A stretch of DNA of 64,000 nucleotides from Mobula birostris (taxonomy: Eukaryota): the NCBI RefSeq assembly GCF_030028105.1, contig NC_092398.1, positions 28,924,424 to 28,988,423 of the forward strand, written 5' to 3'. Position 1 is the first letter of the stretch. Every line of letters begins with the position of its first letter. The position numbers were made by a program, and so were the translations under genes. Shown piece by piece: positions 38,011-49,300 of this stretch. A model generated the notes under the pieces. That model did no database searches. It had not been told where the DNA came from and worked only from the letters and a program-made list of their open reading frames with translations.

Positions 38011-41000
38011 CTTTACGGTCCTCCACCCCCTCCAATTCCACACCAAGCGGGGGCCTCAATTCACCTCCCTCTGGAAGGTAAAATATCTCATCCCTCAGAT
38101 ATCCCCCCTTGTGTCCCTAATGAACGTGGAAGATCACAGCACAGTGCAGGTCTTCCAGCCCACAAGGTTTACTACCAGTACAGGCCTTTCGGCCCACAAT
38201 GTTGTGCTATCATTTTAACCAACTCTAAGATCAATTTAACCCTCCCCTTCTATGTAGCCCTCCATTTTTCTATCATCTACTGTATTTGCCCATCTAAGTA
38301 TCTGTTAAATGTCTAATGTATCTCCCTCTACCACCAACCATCAAAGTGAATTCCACTACCCACACCCCTCCGTATAAAAAATCTACCCCTTACATCACCC
38401 CCTAAACTTTCCTCCAGTCACAATCCGATTGATGTCCTCACGTGCTGGCCATTGTCCTGGGAAACCTCTTTGTCTCTTATCATTTTGTACATCTCTATCA
38501 AGTCACCTCTCATCCTTCTTTGCTTCAAAGTGAAAATCCGCACTTTGCGCAACCTATCTTGAATCCTCAAATCCAGGCAGCACACTGATAGATATCTACT
38601 GCACCCTCTCTAAAGCTTCCACATCCTTCCTAGAATGCGGCGACCAACACAAGACCCCAGGGGGTTTTATAGAGCTGCAACATTACCTTGTTACTCTTGA
38701 ACTCAATCCCCTTTCCAATGAAAGCCAACTCACCATACACGTTCTTACGAACCCGATTGACTTCTGCAGCAACTTTGAGGGATCTGTGGACGTGGATCCC
38801 AAGTTCCCACTGTCCCTCCAACTGCTCAGAATCCAGCCACTCACTCTGCGCTCTGCCTTCAAATCCAACTTTCCAAAGTGAATCATTTGACACTTTTCCG
38901 GCTTGATCTCCATCTGCCACCGTTCAGCCCGGCTCTTCGTCCTGTCAATGTCCCGTTGTAACCCACGGCAACCTTCCCTGCTGTCCACAACTCCACCAAC
39001 CTCCGTGTCATCTGCAAACTTACAAACCCCACCCTTCCACATTTAATTTCCTTGGAGTCGGAAACATGATAAGGTCTGCAGATGTTGGAAATCCAGAGCA
39101 ACTCACACAAAATGCTGGAGGAACTCAGCAGGTCAGACAGCATCTGTGGAAATTAATAAACTGTCAACGTTTTGGGCCGAGACCCTCCTTCAGGCCTGGA
39201 AAGGAAGGGGGAAGAATGCAGAATAAAAAAAAGGTGGGCAGGGAAGGGGAGGAGGTGATAGGGAGCCAGGTGGGTAGAAAAGGTGAAAGGCTGGAATCTT
39301 ATACAATCATACAAAATTATGAAAGGGAGAGGGAGAGAAGCTGACAGAGGAAGTTGTAAGCGAAGATGAGATTATGAAAGGAATATGTAAAGACAGAGAC
39401 AGGAAAGTTCTTTCCACTGATGAGTGAGACTAAAACTAGATTTTGGACTGAGATGAGAAGGAACTGCTTCTCACAGATATTAGTGAAGCTGTGGAATTCT
39501 CTGTCAAGTGAAGCAGTAGAGGCCACATCACACTATTTACACACAGATGCCACTTTATTGGGCACACCGGTACACCTGCTTCTTAATGTAAATATCTAAT
39601 CAGCCAATCATGTGGCAGAAACTCAATACATAAAAGCATGCAGACATGGGCAAAAGGTTCAGTTGTTGTTCAACCAACAGAATGGGGAAGAAACATGATC
39701 TAAGTGACTTTGACTGCAGAATGATTGTTGGTACCAGACAGGGTGGTTTGAGTACCTCAGTAGCTGCTGATCTCCAGGGATTTTCATGCACAACGGTCTC
39801 TAGAGTTTACAGAGAATGGTGCAAGAAACAAAATGCATCCAGTGACTGGTAGTTCTTTGGGTGAAAACGCTTTGTTAATGAGAGAGGTCAAAGGAGAATA
39901 GCCAGACTGGTTCAAACTGACAGGAAAGTAACAGTAACTCAGATAAACACGCGTTACAACAGTGGGGTTCAGAAGAGCATCTCTGAATGCACAACACGTC
40001 AAAACTTAAATTGGATGGGCTACAGTAGCAGAAGACCATGAACATACATTCAATGGCCACTTTAAGTACCCAAATGCGTGCATAAATTTATGAAAGGCAG
40101 ATGCAAAAAAGAAGAGTCAGGAAAATTGTAGGTGAGACGAGAACTAAGAGACATAGCCTTGACACTCTGGGGTGTCGATTTAGGAGGGAGATGAGGAGAA
40201 ATAGTTTTTCTTCCCCAAAGGTTTGTGAATCTGCCCGGGTGCTTCCTTCCCATTCCAAAGACGTATGAGTTAGTAGGGTAATTGGTCACTTGGGTATAAT
40301 TGGGTGGCATGAACTTGATGGCCAGAAGGGGCCATGAACTGTGTTGTATCCTTAAATAAAAAAAATAAAAAATAAGTTCCCGTGAAGAAATGCTGTCGAT
40401 GGGCACGCTCCAAGCTACAGGAGATGAAGGAACTCAGCAGGTCGGGCAATGTCTGTGGAAGGAGATGACCAGTTGGCGTTTTAGGTCCAGACCGTTCACC
40501 AAGAGTGCCTCGTTCATCTCCATAGATGCTGTCTGACCTGCTGAGATCCCCGGGCGTCTTGTGTGTCACTCCAGATTCCAGCGTCCGTAAACTGAGAATG
40601 TTCCCCATGGTCTGCAAAGTCAGGAGGCACGTGACCCAGGAAAGCTTGGCTTTCAGGAAGCAGATGTCAGTTGCCCACAAAGGGAAGTGGGTGGCAGTAT
40701 CCTGCCTGAAGCTTGGTGACTAGAGAGCGTCGGGCCGCAGAGATCTCTTCTGAGTTGGGTGGTTTTTATAAATAACCTGCGTGGGGAAGTGGCGGTTTGG
40801 GTGACTAAATTTGCAGATGACTCGATGGTTGGTGGAGTTGTGGACAGTGTAGAAGCCAAAGGTTTTCTCCTCAGGGTGGAAGTAGCTAATATGGGGGAGC
40901 AGCATAATTTTAAAGCGATTGTTGGAAGTATAGAGGGATGACAGAGGTAGGTTTTTTTACACAGAGAGTAGACAGTGAGCGGAAGGCAGGAGTGGTAATG

Positions 41001-43150
41001 GAGGTAAATACCTGAGGGGCATTTAAGAAACATTTAAGTAGGCACATGTTTGATAGGATAATAGAGGGCTATGTGTAAGATTGATCTTAGAGTTGGTTAA
41101 TGGGTCAGCACAACATTGTGGGCCGAAGGGCCTTCACTGTGCTCTCATGGTCTATGTTTATGTTCTCAAGTCCACATGGTACAGGTGTACACAGCGACGG
41201 ATACTGATGCAGTCACGGCAAACGATTTGCGGGGAAGGACGTCAGTGAGGGACCTGTCACCGACTGGAGCCACTGAAACTTTCTCTCAAATACTTAATGG
41301 GTGATTCGATTGAGAAGGACAGCTCAGATTCACGAGGACTGGAGGGATTAAATTATGAGGAGAGATTGGATACACTGGGACCACTTTCCCTGCAGTGAGG
41401 GAGACTGAAGGGTGATGGAATCATAGCTAGGGGAACAGAACCTTTCGCCCATCACATCCACTTTGACCGTGTTACCCAACTTAGCTCATCCTATTTGTCT
41501 CCCCGATCTTCAAGATTCAAGATTGCTGAATGCCATTGAAGAGGTTACAGCGGGACATTGATAGGATGCAAAACTGGGCTGAAAAGTGGGAGATGAGTTC
41601 AACCCAGATAAGTGTGAGGTGGTTCATTTTGATGGGTCAAATATGATGGCAGAATATAGCATTAATGGCAAGACTCTTGGCAGTTTGGCGGATCAGAGGG
41701 ATCTTGGGGTTCGAGTCCATAGAACATTCAAAGCTGCTTCGCAGGTTGACTTTGTGGTTAAGAAGGCATATGGAGCATTGGCCTTCATCAATCATGGGAC
41801 TGAGTTTAAGAGTCGAGAGGTAATGTTACAGCTACAGGTAGACCCCACTTGGAGTACTTACTGTGCTCAATTCTGGTCGTCTCATTACAGGAAGGACATG
41901 GAGAACATAGAAAGGGTGCAAAGAAGATTTACAAGTGTGTTGCCTGAATTGGGGAGCATGCCTTATGAGAATAGGTTGGGTGAACTTGGCCTTTGCTCCT
42001 TCGAGCGACAGAGGCTGGGAGGTGAACTGATAGAGGTGCCCAAGATAATGAGAGGCATTGATCGTGTGGATAGTCAGAAGCTTTTTCCTAGGGCTGAAAT
42101 GGCTAGCATGAGAGGGTATAGTTTTAAGGTGCTTGGAAGTAGATACAGAGGAAATATCAGCGGTAAGTTTTTTTTACACAGAGAGTGGTGAGTGCGTGGA
42201 ATGGGCTGCCCGCGGCAGTGGTGGGGGCGGAAACGATAAAGTCTTTTAGGAGGTTCCTGGATAGATACATGGAGCTTAGAAAAATAGAGGGCTATGGGTA
42301 AGCCTAGGTAGTTCTAAGGTAAGGGTATGTTTGGTACAGCTTTGTGGGCCGAAGTGCCTCTATTGTGCTGTAGTTTTTCTACGTTTCTATGTTTCTAAAT
42401 GAGACGAAATCAGACTCGATAGGCTGAATGGCCTAATTCTGCTCCTGTGTCTTATGGTCTTAAGAAGGCAGAAGTTGATCGTTTCCTGATCGGTCGGGGC
42501 ATAAAAGGATATGGTGAGAGGGCAGGTGCATGGGGTTGAGTGGGATCCCAGATGGAATGGCAGAGCAGACTCGATGGGCTGAATGGCCTAATTCTGCTCC
42601 TGCGTCTTATGGTCTTTCGGAAATAATTGTTAGCCCAGATCTGATGCAGCATAAGAAAAACACAGAAGATAAAGAACATAAATATTTTTTTTAAAATATT
42701 AATAATTAAAAATAGCGGCGCAACTCTGAACTGAACTAAACTGAAGGAGAATGGGGTTGAGACGGCAAATAAATCAGCCATGATTGAAAGGTGGAACAGA
42801 CTTGACGGGCCGAAGTTTGCTCCAATGTCTTACATATACTTATAAAAAATACAAAGCAAATTTATTACCAAATTACATAGATGTCACCATACAAAACTCT
42901 GAGATTCCTTTTCTTGCGGGCATACTCAGTAAATCTAAGAACCAAAGTAGAATCAATGGAAGACCGCACCCAACAGGGCGGACAAACGACCGATGTGCAA
43001 AAGACAAGGATCTATGCAAATATAAAACAAAGAAGTAATAATAGTTAATAAAGAAGCAATAAATATCGAGAACTGAGATGACGAGTCCTTGAAGGTAAGT
43101 CCATAGATTGTGGGAACATTTCACTGATGGGGCGACTTGAAGTTACCCCA

Positions 43151-45859
43151 TTTTTTTAAATTTCAAAATATACTTTATTCAAAAATAAATATATACAATA
43201 AACCATTCAATAACTTTTCATCCTTTACATACGTTTCCATTATAGTCAGTACATATCCGTATTTATAGCCACCCACGTGGCACTCCAGCAGTTCAGCCTA
43301 GCATATCATTGTTGAGGGGTATACTCCCCGCCCTCCCGCGGGTGGAGAAACCTAAACCGTGGTCCTTCCCCACCGGGCCCTTGCGGTGGCTGCACCGAGT
43401 TTCAGTGCGTCCCTCAGCACATACTCCTGCAGCCGAGAATGTGCCAGTCGGCAGCATTCTGCCACGGACATCTCCATGTGCTGGTAGACCATCAAGTTTC
43501 GGGCTGACCAAAGAGCGTCTTTCACCGAGTTGATGATCTGCCAGCAGCACCGGATGTTGGTCTCCGTGTGCGTCCCCGGGAACAGCCCGTAGATCAGAGA
43601 GTCCTCTGTTACGCAGCTGCTGAGGATGAAACGTGACACTAGCCCGTCCATCCTCCTCCACACCCTCTGCGAACTGGCAGTGTGCAAAGAGGTGGGTCAC
43701 AGACTCCTCCTCACTGCAGTACTCCCGTGGGCAGTCGGGTGCGGAGACGACGTTCCGGGCGTACAGGAGGGCTCTGACTGGGAGGACCCCTCTCACCGCC
43801 AGCCAGGCGAGGTCTTGGTGCCTGTTGGTGAGATCTGGCGATGAGGCATTTTGCCAGATGAACTGGACAGTCTGCTCAGGGAAACACCCCACAGTGTCCA
43901 TCACGTCCTTCTCCTGCAGTGCCTGCAGGACACTTCGTGCCGACCACTGCCTGATGGCCCTGTGGTCAAAGGCGTTCTCCTGGAAGAACTTTGCTACGTA
44001 GGACAGGTATGCCGGCAACGACCAGCTGACTGGGGCGTTGCGCGGGAGTGGGGCCAGACCCATCCTTCGTAGCCAGGGCGACAGGTAGAACCTGGGCACA
44101 TAGTGGTACTTGGTGCCCACATACCTGGGTTCTACACACAACCTGATGCAACCACATACGAAGCTGGCCATCAGGGTGAGGGCGACATTGGGGACGTTCT
44201 TGCCCCCGTTGTCCAGGGACTTGTGCATGACGATCCGTCTCACCCACTCCATCTTGGATCCCCAGACGAATCTGAAGACAGCCCGGGTGATTTCCGAGCT
44301 GTAGGAGCGGGGGACGGGCCAGACCTGCGCCAAGTACAGCAGCCCTGAGAGCACTTCACACCTGATGACCAGGTTCTTGCCCGTTATCGACAGGGAGCGC
44401 CCTCCCCACAGTCCCAGTTTCTGTTTCACCTTGGCAGTCCGCTCCTGCCAGTTCTTCTTGCATGCCTCAGCCCCTCCGAACCAGATCCCCAACACCTTCA
44501 CGTGGTCAGACCTGGTGGTGAAGGGGACGCTGGATCGGTCGAGCCAGTTGCCGAAGAGCATGGCTTCGCTCTTCGTGCGGTTGACCCTGGCCCCCGACGC
44601 TAGCTCGAACTGTTCGCAGGTGCCAATCAACCTGCGAACTGACCTCGGATCAGAGCAGAAGATGGTGACGTCGTCCATGTACAGGGAGGTTTTCATTTGG
44701 GTCCCTCCACTGCCTGGCAACGTCACCCCTCTTATGCCCTCATCCCTCCTGATGGCTTCCGCAAAGGGTTCTATGCAGCAGACAAACAAGACAGGGGAGA
44801 GGGGACAGCCCTGCCTGACTCCAGACCTGATGGGGAAGCTGTCTGTTCCCCACCCGTTGACCTGGACTGCACTATGGATGTCTGTGTAGAGCAGTCTAAT
44901 CCAATTCCGGATTCCCTCCCCAAGTCCCATTTTGGAGAGCACGTCCGCCATGTACGTGTGCGATATCCTGTCGAAGGCTTTCTCCTGGTCCAAGCTGACC
45001 AGGTAGGCGTCCACCCCCCTGTCCTGCACGTAGGCGATGGTGTCCCTCAGCAGCGCGAGGCTGTCTGAGATCTTCCTGCCCGGTACAGCACAGGTTTGGT
45101 CCGGGTGGATCACCTGTCCCAGAGCAGACTTGACCCTGTTGGCGATAGCCTTGGACAGGATCTTGTAATCCACATTCAGGAGAGAGATGGGTCTCCAATT
45201 TCTAATGTCCTCCCTTTCCCCCTTCTGCTTGTAGATGAGGGTGATGATGCCCTTCCTCATGGACTCAGACATACTGTCGGCCAGAAGCATAGCGTTGTGC
45301 ACTTCCAGCAGGTCTGGGCCCATCCAGTTCCACAGAGCCGAGTACAACTCAGTTGATAAGCCGTCACTTCCGGGAGTCTTACCCGACCCAAAGGAACGGA
45401 TGAAGCCTGTCAGCTCGTCCAGGGTCAGTGGCTGATCCAGACTCTCCCGCTTGCAGTCGTCTAAGACCTGCGTGATAGACGACAGGAAGTTGCGGGAGGC
45501 TGTGGATTCTGTGGCCTTTTCGTCGTACAGACCGACATAGAAGGACTTGCAGATCCTCAGTATGTCGGTCTGCGAGGACGCGACTGAGCCGTCCTCTTCC
45601 TTAAGGTTGTGGATCACAGAGCTCCCCCTGTGCACCTTTTGGAAGAAGAAGCGTGAGCACGTCTCGTCCTGCTCCACGGTTTGGACCCTTGATCGGAAGA
45701 TGATCTTGGAGGATTCGGTGGCGAGGTGCTGGGCTTGCCGGCCCTTCACCTCTCGCAGTTCCTCCCTGACATCTACCCCCTTCGACTGCAGAAGGAGAAG
45801 TTGCTGCAACTCTGTCTGGAGTTTACGCAGTTCCCTCTGCTCCTGCCTTGCCTTCTGGA
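43151..45859 (-). mobile_element. Tx1-clade (L1 group) non-LTR retrotransposon, 5'-truncated, nearly intact RT
   Basis: 838-aa ORF with ETCSRFFFQK, WRPISLLNVDYKILSK, LDQEKAFDR, GVRQGCPLSP, YMDDV and CPREYCSEEESVTHLFAHC zinc knuckle. One frameshift near 43667, then ..LKLGAATARARWGRTTV*. Poly-A tail; TSD tacccca(ttt) at 43144-43150 and 45860-45866. Confidence 0.97.
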
Positions 45860-45866
45860 TACCCCA

Positions 45867-46339
45867 TTTTTTTTTTCCAAAAATACTTTATTCAGAAATA
45901 TTACAAAATAAAAATAATTACATACAGGAAAAGAAAACCATTCGTTGACTGTGAGTCCTTATTCAATACAGTTAATAACAATAAAAATTTTGCGTTGACT
46001 CTGTTCATTTACAAATGAAAGATGTTTACAGTAAATCATGCGTTTACTCTCAACCCTTGGTCAAGAGTTAAGACTTATTAACAATCAAAATTTTCAACAA
46101 TAAAGGCAGGCAATGGCTCTAATACTTTCCCAAATTAACAATTCCACCCACTCCTTGGGCACCATGTTGATTATCTGTCCACACCGCTGATGAGGGTAGG
46201 TCTCCTCTCCACCCAACATCTCCCCCTCCTACGGGTGATGAACGTTAAACTGTGGTCCTTCCCCACCGGGCCTTCGCGGTGGCTGCACCAAGTTTGAGTG
46301 CATCCCTCAGAACGTACTCCTGCAGACGAGAGTGTGCCA
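45867..46339 (-). mobile_element. Second, short Tx1 3' fragment (different subfamily)
   Basis: LAHSRLQEYVLRDALKLGAATAKARWGRTTV*, then a ~380-bp 3'UTR that does not align with the neighbour's, aataaa and an A10 tail. Confidence 0.9.
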
Positions 46340-49300
46340 GTTCAAGAGTGTGGAGTGTGATGATTGAGGGGTAATAGCTGTTCCTGAACCTGGTGGTGTG
46401 GGTGCTGAGCCGCCTGCACCTTCTTCCTGATGGCAGCAGTAACATCAACGTGCTGTTTGGTGTCATAGTCATACCTTATTGATCCCGAGGAAAATTGGTT
46501 TTCGTTACAGTTGCACCATAAATAATTAAATAGTAATAAAACCTCAAATAGTTAAATAGTAATATGTAAATTATGCCAGGAAATAAGTCCAGGACCAGCC
46601 TATTGGCTCAGGGTGTCTGACCCTCCAAGGGAGGAGTTGTAAAGTTTGATGGCCACTGGCAGGAATGACTTCCTATGACGCTCTGTGCTGTATCTCGGTG
46701 GAATGAGTCTCTGGCTGAATGTACTCCTGTGCCCAACCAGTACATTATGTAGTGGATGGGAGACATTGTCCAAGATGGCATGCAACTTGGACAGCATCCT
46801 CTTTTCAGACATCACCGTCAGAGAGTCCAGTTCCATCCCCACAACATCACTGGCCTTACGAATGAGTCTGTTGATTCTGTTGGTGTCTGCTACCCTCAGC
46901 CTGTTTCCCAGCACACAACAGCAAACATGATTGCACTGGTCACCACAGACTCGTAGAACATCCTCAACCCCGTCCGGCAGATGTTAAAGGACCTCAGTCT
47001 CCTCAGGAAATAGAGACGGCTCTGACCCTTCTTGTAGACAGCCTCAGTGCTCTTTGACCAGTCCAGTTTATTGTCAATTCGTATCCCCAGGTGTTTGTAA
47101 TCCTCCACCACGTCCACAATGACCCCCTGGATGGAAACAGGGGTCGCCGGTACCTTAGCTCTCCTCTGGTCTACCACCAGCTCCTTACTCTTTTTCACAT
47201 CAGGCTGCAGATAATTATGCTCACAGCATGTGACAAGGTTTCCTACCGTAGCCCTGTACTCAGCCTCATCTCCCTTGCTGATGCACCCGACAATGGCAGA
47301 GTCTTTCCCCCCGGCAATGAGGATCAGGATCAGAATCAGGTTTAATATCACCGGCATCGGTTGTGAAAATGTGTTGTTATGCGGCAGTACAATGCAGTAC
47401 GAAGTATTAAAAATTATAAATTGCAATAAGTACACATAAAAAATAAATTAAATACGTAGTGCAGAAAGTGAGGGGAAAATACTGAGGTACTGTATATGGA
47501 TACAATCTCCATTCAGAAATCTGATGGCGGAGGGGAAGAAGCTGTTTCTGAATCATTGAGTGGGTGCCTTCATGTTCCTGTACCTCCTCGCTGTTGGTAG
47601 CAGTGAGAAGAGGGCATGTCCTGGGTGTTGGGGGTCCTTGGTGATGGATGCCGACTTGTTGAGGCGTCACATTTAGAAGCTGTCCTGGGTGCCTGGATGC
47701 CAGAGAGGCTCGTGCCCATGATGGAGTTGGCTGAGTTTTTCCCGCTCCTGTGCAGTGGCAGCCCCACACCAGACGGTGATGCATGCTCTCCATGGTACCA
47801 GTGCAGGAATTTACGAGCGTCTTTGGTGACAAACCGGACCTCATCAAACTCTGAATGAAATATAGCCACTGTTGCGCTTTCTCTGTAACTGTATATTGGG
47901 CCCAGGATAGACCTTCGGAGATGTTGGCACCCAGGAACTTGAAACTGCTCGCACTTTCCACTTCTGATCCTTCGATGAGAACTGGCGTGTGTTCCCTTGA
48001 CTTCCCCTTCCTGAACTCCACAATCAATTCCTTGGTCTTACTGACACTGTGACCACGAACCTGCTGGGACACCACTCAACCAGATGATCTACCCCACTCC
48101 TGTACATCTCCTCGTCACGAAGTTATACTCTGTCAGCACCAGTTGTGCTGTCGGCAGATATACAGATGGCATTTAATCTGTGCCGAGCCGCACAGTCATG
48201 GGTGCTGAGAGAGTAGAGCAGTGGGCTAAGCACAGATCCCTGAGGTGCCCCAGTGCTGATTGTCAGTGAGGTGGAGATCGTATTTCCGATCCGCACAGAC
48301 TGTGGTCTCCCAGGGAGGAAGGCAAGGATCCATTTGCAGAGGGAGGTACAGAGGCCCAGGTTCTGGAGCTTGTTGATTAACACTGAGGGTATGATGGTGT
48401 TGAACGGTGAGTTGCGGTCAAAGAAGTGGCAGCTAGACGTAAGCATTACTATTGTCCAGGTGATCTAAGGCCAAGTGGAGAACCAGGGAGATCGTATCTG
48501 CTGTAGACCAATTGTGGCAATAGGCAAGTTGCAATGGGTACAGGTCCTTGCTTAGGCAGGAGTTGCTCCTAGCTATGACCAACCTCTCAAAGTACTTCAT
48601 CTCTGTCGACGTGAGTGCTACTTGGAGATAGTCAATGAAGCAGCTCACCCTGCTCTTCTTACGCACTGGTGTGATTGTCACCCTTTTGAAGCAGGTGGAA
48701 AGCTCCGACTGCGGCAGTGAGAGATTGAAGGTATCCTTGAACACTCCCGCCCGTTGCCTGGGACGGGTTTTCTGTGCCTTACCAGAAACTCTGTGAGGTC
48801 TGACGCCTTGAAAGATGTTCTGACCTCAACCTCCGAGACAGGGATCACAGAGCCACTGGATGCGCCGGGATTCGCACAGGTGTAGTTTTATTCCCTTTTT
48901 CTAAAAGGCGTTGAGCTCTTCTGAGAGTGAAGCATCACCGCCATTCATCATATTAAGTTTTGCTTTGCAGGAAGGAATGGCTTGCAAACCTTGCCAGAGC
49001 TAACATGCATCTGATTCAGGCTCTAACCTCAATCGAAATTGTTTATAACGCTTTTAAGATAGCCTTCCGTAGTTCGTTTCTGGACTTACTGTTTAGTTCT
49101 GGATCACTGGTCTTGAATGCCAGAGATCTAATCATCAACAGACTAAGAATATCCTAGATTCCTAGATGTTGGTGATGTCAAGGAAGTTGGTTTTGAGAGT
49201 TTTATGGGGTGGGAGAGGGTGTCCCTGTCCTTCTAGGACGTTTGCTGGGCTCTCTGGATGTTGCAGACCCCAGGGATTGGATTTGGGAAGGAGCCTGGCC

